Below are positions 37,084 to 50,149 of a stretch of DNA of 64,000 nt, piece after piece. Origin of the DNA: Paragordius varius. Its lineage: Eukaryota; Animalia; Nematomorpha. The first letter of the stretch is position 1; each line of letters begins with the position of its first letter. Made by a program: the position numbers and the translations under genes. Below the pieces are notes generated by a model. It did not search any database, was not told the origin of the DNA, and was given only the letters and a program-made list of their open reading frames with translations. The DNA lies in contig OZ176051.1 of NCBI GenBank assembly GCA_964247055.1, positions 9,052,001 through 9,116,000 of the forward strand. Direction: 5' to 3'.

Positions 37084-39801
37084 GGGTGGAGTGAATAAAA
37101 AAAAGGAAACACTCTTTCCTTAGCTTTTTTAAGAGATTCCTTAATTTGGAGTGAATAAAAAGCTAAGGAAACTCTAAAAAAATTAACATTAGTTTTTTAA
37201 GGAAACACTTGTTTTCAAGTGAATAAAAAAAATTATTAAAGGAAACCCTACATATTTTTTAGGATGCTGTTATCTTTTAAGATGAGGGGATAATATAAGA
37301 AATGTGAAATGAACTGAATTTATTATTTGGTTTTTTTAGAGTTTATATAGTAAATTTAGTTGTACATAATTTGCATTATATCAATAAAATTTCAAGTAAC
37401 AAAGGTTATATTATTTACATATTACACAAAAAATATAGAAAATAATACAATTCAAATAAGGGTGAAAGTTATATAATATAATTAAGGTATGTATTTCACA
37501 TTTGCATGTAACACAGAAAAATATGATATAAAAATAATGTATCTTTCAAATTTGCATAACATCACTTCCCCCTTACGAGAACCGGACCGGCTTCCGCCGA
37601 ATTCTCTCGGGGTAATTAACGACGCTCGTGCGGATTTTCATTGATATTGTCATTATTCCTATTGTTATTATTATCAATAATGTTACCATTAATATTAGTG
37701 TTATTGTATCATTACTATTGTTTGAGTGACCGGTGTCGTGGGTGTGTCGACGAATCTTAGTTTGAAAAATAACATCTCATGTTATGTGTGTCGACGTGTT
37801 TCATTTGATCTCTGCCTCACGCCAACCTAGACCATTTCTTTTAAACTGGTCCAGGCGCACTGAAATACTATCGGCGCTGTAAGGAATCTAACAGTGTCCT
37901 TTTGTAACTGACACATCCTCTTATTGTTGAAATCGTCGAGGTGTAGCTTTAACTCGGCCTGGGGAGGTAGGCGTCTTACCGATCAATCTTATTACAAGTT
38001 TGTCCGCGCCAATCTTACTTACCCATCCATCAATTGTTGAATGATGTGGGAGTCCTCCCCAGCCATTTGTTGATAATGATTTCAAAGTTGCTATAGATTA
38101 TTAGCCCGTTCGCTTTCAGTGCAATGGCGGTTGAACATTTTTTTGGCAGTTTGATCTACATTAGCGAAGTGGTTGGGTTTTCCGCATTTGCAATTGCGGT
38201 TCCAGGCGGGACATTTGATTGGCCCATGAACACTCCCATAACCCCTGCGCGAATGTGTCAGAGGTTGATTGTTGTGATCGAAAAATTATTACCATTGTTT
38301 GGACATGCTGGTAATATTGGCAATTGACATTGTCATGGTTGTGGAACTTTGGACTCTAACTCCCCATCCGAGTTTGGAACCCGGAGGTTCCACTGTTGTG
38401 TTAGATTAGTTGTTAGATTAGTTCGATACTCGTCTTGGCCACCAGTTGTTATCTTTTAAGATGAGGGGATAATATAAGAAATGTGAAATGAACTGAATTT
38501 ATTATTTGGTTTTTTTAGAGTTTATATAGTAAATTTAGTTGTACATAATTTGCATTATATCAATAAAATTTCAAGTAACAAAGGTTATATTATTTACATA
38601 TTACACAAAAAATATAGAAAATAATACAATTCAAATAAGGGTGAAAGTTATATAATATAATTAAGGTATGTATTTCACATTTGCATGTAACACAGAAAAA
38701 TATGATATAAAAATAATGTATCTTTCAAATTTGCATAACAGATGCTAAATACCATCCTTAAATATTTATAAATTTTATTACAATCGATAATAGAGGATCA
38801 AACAATGCAATTAGAGCTTATACGTTTCGATATTAGATTCAATAAGTATAAATTTCAATTTTCAAAGTTATTTTTATTTTCTAGTATATTTGGAATACAG
38901 TGTAGAAATTAAATGTTTGCTCTACGATTTTAGATAAGAAACAAAAATATACAATATGCATGAGAATCAATTATCTGAAATAAAACGAATTCTACGATTT
39001 AATAATCAAACAATAAACTTTATGACAAAATACTTTTCCCTGATTTCGATGAAAGAAGAGGAGGAGCCCTGAGTCTGCGACAAAAATAAGAATTTTTTAA
39101 AGATTTCCCCCCCATCCCAGAACGGGCATCAAATTACTATTATAGTTTTTGGGGTGAATTTTTTAACAAATCTCATTTCTTATTGTATGCAAGCCTCAAA
39201 AATTTAAATTCAATCAGTTTCTTATAAGATTCTTGTCAAATGAAAATTTGTATAAAAACTATTATTTTATCATAAAAAAATGTATAAATAAACTTTAATC
39301 TATTTATTATTTATTATCATAAAATGTGAATTAGATTGCCATAATAATTTAGGAATTCTTCAGATTCTATGCGATTTTTTAGAATAAAGAATTTAGGAAA
39401 ATTTCCTCCGATTTCCGATTGACAACGTTTCCTGTAATATTTAAATCATATTTTTTTGAATGAAGTTTTCATATCTATCGCTTTTTATCTGATCTATCTC
39501 ATAATAATTCTTTGTTTCGGTCAACAAGTTTCGAAGATTTTTATAGGCTTCTTTTTCTTAATTACAACATACGGCACCATAGATTTATTTAAAACTATGG
39601 GATATCTAAAAAATTAAATAGGTTACTTTAGTAGAGTATCAATTTTCCTTAGTTATATTTATATCGGTTTTAGGCATAGTTTAAGGAAACTCGAGAGTCA
39701 ATCAGATGTGTTTTTTATATGAATTATAAGGAAACCCTTTCTTTGAAAAAGTGAGCATAGGAAACACTTAAAGGGTTTCCTTTTTTTTATTCACTCCACC
39801 C
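37084..39801. mobile_element. TIR DNA element with a 3-bp TSD (PIF/Harbinger-like, tentative)
   Basis: Near-perfect ~27-bp TIR gggtggagtgaataaaaaaaaggaaac / gtttccttttttttattcactccaccc; ATA on both sides; repeated subterminal aaggaaac motifs. Interior decayed, no convincing transposase. Confidence 0.75.
37268..38740 (-). mobile_element. Non-autonomous miniature LTR retrotransposon (1473 bp), Mag/Ty3-gypsy-derived
   Basis: Two 294-bp LTRs (37268-37561, 38447-38740), TG...CA, no difference found by eye; 5-bp TSD gatgc. Minus-strand PBS tggtggccaagacgag and PPT aagggggaagtga. The 885-bp interior keeps a gag knuckle remnant (KCPAWNRNCKCGKPNHFANV) and a pol tail (YPERIRRKPVRFS*). Confidence 0.93.
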
Positions 39802-40926
39802 ATATATAATAACAAAAAAAATAACCGCAGCATGTTTTTTATTTATTTTGACGCCAAAGTGCGATTTTTTAACTGCAATTCTGGTAAGTCTTTTTAAATA
39901 TCTTAAATCGGTATTATTTTGTGTATTGGATTATGCTTAGGATATTGTTATCAAATAATGTTTAGTTGGCGCATTTTATTTATTGTATTTAATTGAATTC
40001 GACCTCAATAAAAATGCGAATATTTTATTATAAGTAAAAGCAAAAAATTAAAATTACTTTTTTAGCATTTCATCCGCATTAATTATTTTTATATTAATCC
40101 GGAAGCTTTTATTTAGCTAATGATTTATTTATAAGTATTTATTTTTAACCCCGATTTGTGCCGCAAAATATTTTAAATAATTAAAATGTTGATTTTTTAT
40201 TATTGACCTTGATAAAATACCCATTGTTGTGGGATGGTATATTCAACTTACAAGCCAATTTTATATGAGTTTTTTTTTATTTTTCATTTAAGGGGATGTT
40301 TATAGAAACTCCAATATACCATAATGAAATCCTAAAAATACTAATTTATCAAAATCGATGTTGTTTATGGCGAGTGACGCCATTGAACTAACAAAATAAC
40401 CAAGCGTTATTAATGGAAATAAGTGAAATAACTACTTTTCTCTTTAATGATTGTTTGATGAAATTTCTAACTTTTAGATTTCAATGAATTTAACAAATTA
40501 AATAACGTTTTGAAATATGCCTATTCCAAAATGAAATTAATATTTTTAAATACCGTTTTTTAGAAAATATATTATGGCTACTTTAAATCTTAAACTTATA
40601 CAAAAAGATTGGTAGCCGACAGAGTAAGAAATACTTAACAGAATGTACACCTATTTATGTGTTTAAAAATTATTGCATTTAATTATGTAACATAAATTTA
40701 TTGGAGCATAAAAGTATTTATTGTATTCACAGATACTTAAATAAATTAAAATATAATTGCATCAGTATTTATCGCATATTACTTTCGCTATCAAGTTTTC
40801 ATGAATCTCTTTAATAACAATAATATAGGAATCAATCATATTTTTATATGATATGGTACTAAGATTGATAGGTGAAATATAATTTCATAGCTATAAAATT
40901 ATATTTCAAAAGAGTATTAGAAAACC

Positions 40927-43900
40927 CTATCCAAAATCAAATCTAAATTGAAAGCCTTGACCCTGGAAAGGGAATTGAAAGCCTTCCGTAGTATAAAATT
41001 CACCGCCTTGTTGAAAAAAGAATGGCATTCCACCACCTCCATGGTGAAATTGGGATTGTTCAGGTTTGTTGGGATCAACACCGCTATCATACAATTTTCG
41101 TTTTTCTAATTTAGACAAACAAACAAACAAAAAATAAAATGACGCATATATGCATAAAACATTTTAATAGCATGATACTCAAGATGTATTATTAAAAATA
41201 TCCTAAATGAATTCACGTTTTTAGTTCAAACACCTGGAATAGTGATTTCGATATAATTCCATATATATAATTATAGCCATGACCAAACATTTTCAAACAA
41301 TTTTATTAACCACTTTATGAACAACAACATTAATTTGAAATTCATTACAATAAAATACCTGGGTCAGTGAGAACATCTTTTGCCTCAGCGATTTCTTGAA
41401 AATCTTTTTCTGCTTTTTTAGGATCGCCTTTTGTATGATCGGGATGATATTTTCGGGCTTTTTTCCGATACGCTCTATCTATTTCCTTTTTGGTAGCGCT
41501 TCTAAAACATTGGCGTTAAAAAATGTTTAATTACGTATATATTTTATTAATTCCGGATTTACTTCCCTACAATTTTTACAAAAACCGTTGTATATAAAAT
41601 AGTTTTTGCTTTTAATTAAAAAATTAATTCCATAAGATAAAATTATAAACAGTTCACCAATTATTTGGATATAATTTAATTAAATAATTATACATTCATT
41701 TGAATATGTGAAACAAAATATAATTTGTCATTTAAATTAATAAATCCCAAGACCTATATAATATATAATATATAAAAAATTGGTAAATATAGAAAATCAA
41801 AAATAATTATCTAATGCATTAATTAATTCTGCTAAAAAAAATAGGTTTGATATTAAACTCAAAGTATCCAAGTGTAAAATAATTAATAATACATATTGGT
41901 AATAAAAATGAAATCAAAATTAATTTTTGAAAATTAATATTATATTCTTCTTACTTAGAAACCCCCAAAATTTTGTAATAATCTTTGAGTTTTGAGCGTT
42001 TGTGTGCATTCTTTATTTTATTTAAACCTTCATCAGCTCTTGGTTCATGTGGATCAATTTGTTTAACTTTTTCATAATCGCTTTTTGCTAAATGTCATAT
42101 GAAAAAAACTGTAAAAATTCAAAATACGATAAAACATTGTTTAAAACAAAGTGATATTATATAAAATCTCTAAAAAAGTTATTTGATCGGAGTACAACAA
42201 AAAGGCAAGGCGGGTAAAACTTTAAATTAATTTGGCATCTTTGATTTGCAAATTTAAATAGGATGTAAGTTGATATAATTGCATATTTAAATATTTTACA
42301 ATTAATTAGCACCTATTATATGAATCATCCTAAATATGATCACTGACTTCTGGTATATATTTTTACGTGCAATAAAAGCTAAATAATAATTTTAAAGTCG
42401 AAACATTAATATTTTAATTTTTAAACCGTTATCAATTGCAAAAATAGTATTCTTACCCTTTTCAACATCATCAGAATCTAAATAGAGTTGAGCACGAACT
42501 AATAGAGTTTCAATATCGTTTGGATTAAGTTGGATACATTTGCTACATTTGTCAAGTGCTTCGGGATTATTATCCTTTATAAATTTTATGTACAAATTAA
42601 TAAAATATCATTTTAAAAAATAAGATATAGAAAAATGCAAGAACGAATTGGTATTCTTGGACTTTCGTGTAAAACATTATTATATTTATAAGATATTATA
42701 AAAGTATTTGTAAATGGAAATAAATATAAAAGATAATTTATTAAAGCATTTGCTATTAATTATAATATAAAGGAAAGGGTCGAAACATTTTCAAGAGGGA
42801 TACATTATATTTTTAAATGAGTTAGTAAAATCTCAGATTAAATAATATCTATCAATAAAATGCACTTGCTAAATTTTACAACTCGCAATTGTAATATATG
42901 CCATTGTACGGTTTTAATCAAATCCGTATATGTTAGATAATTAAATAAAAAAAGTTTTGAGATATATTAAGCAAATATTGAGAGGTATATCTTTAGTAGT
43001 GTGATATCAAAATGCAGTTGTTATTTTATCGAATAAATTGAATGTAAAATTCTTATTTTTAATTAAAAAAGTGTCATCTTACTTTTGCCATACATAAACA
43101 TTCCTTTTGCATGATTTGTGATTCCATATTCTGTAAAATGTGGGATTCCTTAGATGCTAAGGCATTACGTAATTTTGTTAGGGATTTAGTACATTCCTTG
43201 TACTCACCGGCCTCAAAATGTTGATCGGCTTTAACCAAAAAGCTTGATAACTTTTTCAGCGTTCGATAAAGGGGGAAACATAATTTGCTATCGGGATCTG
43301 ATATAAGGCATTTACGTATTTCTCTGTTTGATTCACACAAAGAAGAATTTGTGAAAAAGCAATACAATAAAAATAAAAATAGGGGAATCTTCTGTTAATG
43401 ATCGTCCTTCGAATTTTCATACAAAAATAATGTTAATAAACTAAAGAACACATGCTAATCACCATGCACTCTTCTGATCTAGATATTATAGTTTAGGATT
43501 GTTTTCATAAAAGCGCTCATGAGGAGTGAAAATAACAAAGTAATTAGATTAATTGGAGGTAAAAAACCGATTAAATTATCTTAAAACAATGTCATGTCAT
43601 GATGCGGATATTTAGCCATATATCTTTATTCTCAATCAGTAAATGAAAGAGACTGTCCACTCAATGTTTGCAAAAAGTTGACAAAAGTTAATGAATATTA
43701 ACATACATAAGAGCTTCATCCAATTTGCCCATTTGAAAGAGTGTATCACTAGCTTTGTAAATGTATTTCGTATCAGATGGCAACAAATTAGATATCGTAA
43801 TATATTCCGTGACGGCATCTTTGTGGTAACCAAGGTGGGCCAAACATTCCCCCTTTATTTCATGCAATTTAACGCAATCCGGACTAGACTATAGCATAAA

Positions 43901-46504
43901 TATATATGGAATTATAAATAAATAAAATGGTGCTAAAAGAAGTTTAGTATTATAAAATGGATAAAAATACACAAATAATAATAAATGTCACAAAATTATT
44001 TTTTCTTATTTCCTAGAATATATCTATAAATCAACTAATAAATCATTGTTTGAAAAAAAGATTATCTTAACACACACAAGGAGGGGTTAATCTTTATGGA
44101 AAAAAAAATAATTAAAATTGAGACAAACTTTATCAAGCGTAGATCGTACGATACCCAAAATGGTGTGGCAATTATGATGGCCCTCGTGAAACAAAGTGTC
44201 CACATGTTGATAATCTTCTTTTAGCTCTTCAATCATTACAAGGGCTGAGTTGGCATCTTCGTCACGCGGTGATTGTTGCAACTATAATAAATTTTTATTC
44301 AAAATTATCATTTATAAGAAATGGTTTCATAAATGATGAAATTTTATAATTAGACTAATAATGTAACAAATTTTCTTATTAATAACTAAAACAAAAACAG
44401 CAAAATATTTTATGATTGTGGTAAAATAGATGTGCTACATGTGCAATGCAAACATTCAGGTGATATATCCTTAATCATATGGTAGTAAAAAAAAGTAAAA
44501 AATATAATGTTATATATTCATTGTTTATATATTATAATTTTACGGATTAAAATATTAGCAATTTCAGCCATTTGCAGATAATAAAAAATTTCAGATTTAC
44601 ATAATGTTTTATCAAGATTATGTGACCATATACTGATAATTAAATTATTTATATAATTAATAGAAAATATAATTTCAAATAATTTTGTATATGATAGTAA
44701 TTGATATTATTTAAATTTGATTCTATACCCTATATATTTTATAAAAAATTTTAAGTATCGAAAAAATGTGGTTGAGACCAATAAAAAATATAGAAAAATA
44801 AGTGTTACTTACAATTCTTTCATAATCAATATGAGCCTTATCGAAATCGCCTATTTTCACATAAATTTCGGCACGTTTCCTTAAAGCCTAAATAATATCA
44901 AAAATAAAATAATATGTGTAAAAATAATGATAATCATCAGCGCTTGAATAATTTTAAAATATACCTACTATCTTAAACTAATTGATTTTCATATACATAT
45001 GGAAAACATTAATAATATCAAATTATAAACCAAACATGCATTTTAAATTAAAACCGGCAAAAAAATTATTTTGTAGCATTTAAAAATTAAATATCACACT
45101 TTATTAAAATTAAAAGTCAATATAATGAAAAATAGGAGAAAAAAAATTCGACTATTAAATGATAAGTTTTATAAAAAAACTAAAAGACTGAATCATCGAT
45201 GTTCGATAACGGAAAATAGTAAGCAAAAATTGGAAATTCGGACATACAGTCCGATTTCGACATTATATGGAATTGATAGCGTTTTTAATAATCAAAATGC
45301 GTTGCTTTGCATCAGGAATCAATAGCGGCAATAAACTTAGGTTTTCAAAACAAAATTGAACATAGGTATCAAATAGATGGAATTTTAAGAATTGAAAATA
45401 CATAGGAAAATATTTCGCCTTAATACTCCATGATCTTTTCACTTTTACGAGATATAATATTGGGGTAGTTAAATATCCCAGAGCTCAATTTTGTAAATAC
45501 ACTACTATTATGAATGTTTATTGGGTTAAAATCAAACATTTTCTTTATAAAAAAAATATTCTTTGCAGTTTTGTAACTTCGGGTCTTTAAAATTGGGACG
45601 GCAACTCGATTGAACTTAACATCTGATTTTAAAATATATAAAGTATTTTTGCTCGTACAATGGAACCTAAAGGCTTGTTAAGGATTTACATTTTCTTACC
45701 ATAATTTACATTTCTTTGTCTTTATTAAAGTAAAAAGCGACCAAAAAGTATAGAAAGATATTTTGCAATTTACCATTTTATAAAAAAATATTTTTTGTAT
45801 TATGCGCCTAAAAGCTAATGAAAGCCAAGTTTCGACCTATTACCTCAGTTATTTTTGAAGATATTCAAATTTCAAATCGGTCTGGTATAAAACTACTCCA
45901 AAAAATGAAGTGTTAATAAAACACACCTTGGCTACATAAACATATATGTAATCATAAACTATAAATATAAATATTTTCTCAACAATAATGATTCAAATAT
46001 TTGGTGTTTCGATATAAGAATAAAAACTGCTTTAGCAAATTTTAAAAACAAAAATATTATATAAAGTAGATTAACTCTTTTTGACAAAACTTGTGTTACT
46101 TTTAACTATGACTCCTTTAATGGTACATTACAAAACGCAAAATACAATGAACTCTGTGGAATATAAAATAAAAAAATTTTAAAGGTACTTGAATAGAATT
46201 GGGTGAAAGTCTTAAAACTGTGTCAAAATCTTTTAAAGCCATATTTGGATTATTCATAGCCAAATAACAGGTAGCCCGAGAAAAGAATACTGATGCATCG
46301 TTTTGTGCAGTGCCTAAAAAATATATTAACTAATTAAGCAAATGTTTTATATATATACAGAGATTTATGCGTATATATATTCAAAAAATACTAAAAAACC
46401 TGCAATTCGGTGAAATATCTCGAGAGCATCATGCAACTTACCAGCTCCCATTAGCTGCCTAGCTTTGGCTAAATCAGCTTGAGATGTAGCTTGGCACTTA
46501 AATT
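40927..46504 (-). CDS. DNAJC3: DnaJ homolog subfamily C member 3 (P58IPK; TPR repeats plus J domain). Exons 46400-46504, 46189-46313, 44813-44887, 44129-44281, 43707-43888, 43083-43323, 42457-42574, 41955-42087, 41359-41501, 40927-41105; signal-peptide exon unresolved
   Basis: All joins are GT-AG and in phase. Protein: [23 protein letters not shown]...[11 protein letters not shown]...[18 protein letters not shown]...[25 protein letters not shown]...[32 protein letters not shown]...[23 protein letters not shown]...[11 protein letters not shown] motif intact. Confidence 0.93.
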
Positions 46505-46899
46505 CTAAATATTATAAAAATATATATTACGCAATATTTGTATGTAAAACGCAATAAACAAAAGAGTTGATGTTGATGATAATATGCCATATATTTCATG
46601 GTGATATTGTGCAATAGAAAAAATTAAATTTCCAATCATGCCCAAAATCAATTCACCAGCAGAAGCACTTTTATATAATAGGCTGACGAGGTTAAATCTG
46701 ATTAGTCATACACATATTAAAAGTGAATGAACATATTTACACAATATTTCTTAATAAGTAAAAATATTGTAAAAGACAGTATTTAACCAAAAATTTGGAT
46801 AAATAAATATTTAAGCAGGATAATGTTTTATTGCAGATTTATTATAGATAGTATTATAGGTCTCTGCACGAATTGTTTCAATATCATATTTACCTCAAA

Positions 46900-48060
46900 G
46901 AATCAGGCTGAAGATTTTATTAACACTTGGGTACAACACATTCATTTTACTCCTTCGATTTATAATTGGGGTAGTTGGATCCAGGCCTGTTTAAAATTAT
47001 AAAAACTTGCGATGAATTAAAATCTTGGCAAAAAATTGCATATTTATTACATAATAAACCGTAATATATAAAAAATTTTATTAAAAAATACTTGATACTA
47101 CTTATTTTTAAAAACCTCAAGGTAAAAATTTTGTCAACGTGACTGTGTGCCCTAGTTAAATTTAAAAATCATGCAAAATAAACCATTTTTTTCTATCAAT
47201 GTTAAATAATTAACACTTCAATTCAAATTGGTGTATCCAAATACCCCAGACTAAATTTAAATTAATTTTAAAAACTACTGAAGGAAACGGTCCCAATTTA
47301 ATATGCTTCTATCCTAATATAAACTATATAAATATGCCAAAATATCTTGATAAAATTTTGTTTTGAAAAAAAAAGTTCCATCTCAAATTACTTCGACGCC
47401 ATTTTTATTTTACAAATTTTTTGCAAAATATCGTCTTCCTTTAATTTTATGGGTAAAACTTAAGCTAATTTTTTATATAAATTACATTTAACATTGATAG
47501 GAATAGAAAAAGCGGTTTATTTTGTATTATTTTAAAATTTTGCAATTTGACACATGTCACGTTGACCAAATGTTAACCTATCGGTTTTAGCTTAAAATAG
47601 GTAATATCAAGTATTTACTTTTTTATATATTTTGGTTTTTTAATGTTATATAAGTGCACATTGCCATGGTTTCGATTCCCTCCATACTTTTCAGGTATTT
47701 GATATTAAACAGGCCTGTGGTATCCAACACCCCAATTAGAATCGAAGGAGTAAAAAGAGTGTGTTGCATCCAAGTGTTAAAATAAAAAATAGCTTTCATT
47801 TTAGCTTCAATATCAAATAAATAAATATTTTGCAAAAATCTTGTAAAATAAAAATGGCGTCGAAGTAGTTGATATGGAAAATTTTTTCCGAAACCAAATT
47901 TTATTAAAAATTTCAGCTTATTTGTATGATTTTTAAGATGGAAACATAAATTTAAATTGGTACCATTTCGTTCAGTAATTTTTTAAAAATATAAATTTAA
48001 ATATAGTGTTAGGTATTTAGATACCCCAATTTGTAAGTTTTAAATGCTATCTAATAACTA
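46900..48060. repeat. Composite inverted-repeat structure A-B-A'-B' upstream of DNAJC3
   Basis: A (~46900-47150) is inverted at ~47520-47810 and B (~47190-47440) is inverted at ~47810-48060. Modules related to B or A' recur at ~52130-52470, ~60130-60230 and ~63600-63920. Confidence 0.65.
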
Positions 48061-49086
48061 TTGAATTCATAGGTACTTAAACCCCATTAAGGACATTCTA
48101 AGAGCTGGCAAATTTTTTTAGTCAAAAAACAATATATAAAAAATTAGATTTTGAAATTTGGCATATTAAATTTTTACATTCCTATTCTATTTATTATAAC
48201 GTCCAGTGTTTATCCAATTTATATGACCCAGTCTTGGTTGTTACAAAACAATATAATTTTCTTTCTTCCACATCTTTAAAAGGAATTTATTCGAAATATA
48301 ATTTAAAAGGCGCCTTTATAATTTTTGCATGCTTAAATCGATTATTATATATAGATAGCAAGACGAAACGATAGACCGCGGTCGACTTTACCGCTAAATT
48401 TTAAAACGTGACCGCCTGAATTTTTTAAAATATACATATAATTTATTTTTTGGAATTTTTTTAATTTTGTGTTAGAAAAATTTACTTGTTACAAAAATTT
48501 AACTACCTTAATTATTTTTTTATTAATATATTTTTTAATAAATGTAAATCGAAATAATTTTGTCCTTAGCAATTATTTTAATTTAGAAAAAAACAGAATC
48601 AGATATCGTTAAAATTTACACTATATTATAATTTAAAATTAAAGTCAGTATATATATATATATTGTAGAGATGAATGTTGTATGATATGAAACTCTACAA
48701 GCAAAGATATTTTTCTACGCTTCACATAACTATCAAAAATACAATTCAGATATTTGCAAATTAAAAAAAGCTATTTAAGGAAAAACTAAATGCTCAGAAA
48801 CATTGCATTTAATACAGCAAATATCAAGAAAATTCCATAATTGCAACTTAGCGAATACCCAAAATCTAAAACAAAGCTTTACAAGGCGGAATTTTGGAAT
48901 CGATAAAAAACTTATCCCTATCTAGAAGCACAATTATGCGGAGAGGTTATGATCTAAATCAGAAATACCAAAGTTTTACATGAAAATATTAAATCTTATA
49001 TATTTTTTAGGCTTCAAATTGAGGAGTCTACTGATTATTTTGGAATCCCTAATTATGGATTTTTATTGGCATGATCCATGATATGC

Positions 49087-49720
49087 TAATGTGACCAGAT
49101 AGGCTGTTTTTCGCAGTACAGTACCGGATTTTCAGAAAAAAACTTCGACTGTACTGGGCCCACTTTTGTACTGCTTTTTGAAATCAAAAAAAATAATTAT
49201 TTATGAATATATATTAAATACCTTTTATTTATTCAAACAAATTATTTAAGAATTCGATATATTCCCTCTGTAAAAATAAACCCATTTGTAAAGAAATGGT
49301 TAAAATTGCGGTAAAAAAACTAAGATTGGCCTATTTTTAATTGGTTAATATTTTATTTTCTGCTCGAATTAAACATAAAATTGGATTTTCGGCCAAACCG
49401 CCTATGATTGCAGCCTTTCGCGCAGTGGCGAAACTATAAATCTCGGACTCCACTCTAAGATTCGGGCTTATGGCTTTCTCACTCAGGGCCTCGGCAAAAA
49501 GTGATGTCTCAAAATTTAAGATTAACAAAATTAATTCATGATTGTTTGATCAAGTTTAGAAGGTTCATTTTTCGATATAATTCTCAAACGGATAATTATA
49601 AAGAAAATTGTTATTCCCGTAGTTATTTAAAATTTATTATATATGGCGAAATCAACCTTTTTGTAAAAATTACGAGTTTTTACGTTTTTACCCATTAGGT
49701 GGGAGGTATGATATTTCTTA
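49087..49720 (+). repeat. Left arm of a long diverged inverted repeat (partner 59380-60016)
   Basis: gtgaccagataggctg...cgcagtacagtac...cagcc.ttcgc..agtggcg...actcagggc...gatcaagttt...cattaggt is collinear with the reverse complement of 59380-60016. Confidence 0.8.
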
Positions 49721-50149
49721 ATATTTTTTCTAAACTATAATTTTTATGTGTTTTCTTATTTTTTGCATCAAACTTGAGATATTTTGTTGAAACTTATTTC
49801 AAACTAGTTTGAAGCATGATGGAAACGGTACAACGCTTTAAGATATAATAAAACCCTTTTTCTAAATAATTCGATTTTGTTGAATACTATAGGTTGAAAA
49901 TTTAATTTAAAGGTTTATTTGCTTGTTTTGGGTGAATTTTTGTAAAAAAAAAACAAAATTTTTATTAAACATAAATTTGAAAACGCACAAATATTTTAAT
50001 CAAAATTCTAAGAAAAATGTTTAGCATTATCGAATTTATATAAATGGTATAACACTGTTTATATCGTTTCCATCATGCTCAAATAGTATGAAGAACGCTT
50101 CAACATAATTTTGCTAAAAATTAAATTTTGAAAGTATGCAACTAAAAAA

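Noticed and set aside
38421-38444. tRNA gene
   Set aside because: Only the 3' 24 nt including CCA are present, at the PBS position; there is no D arm or anticodon arm.
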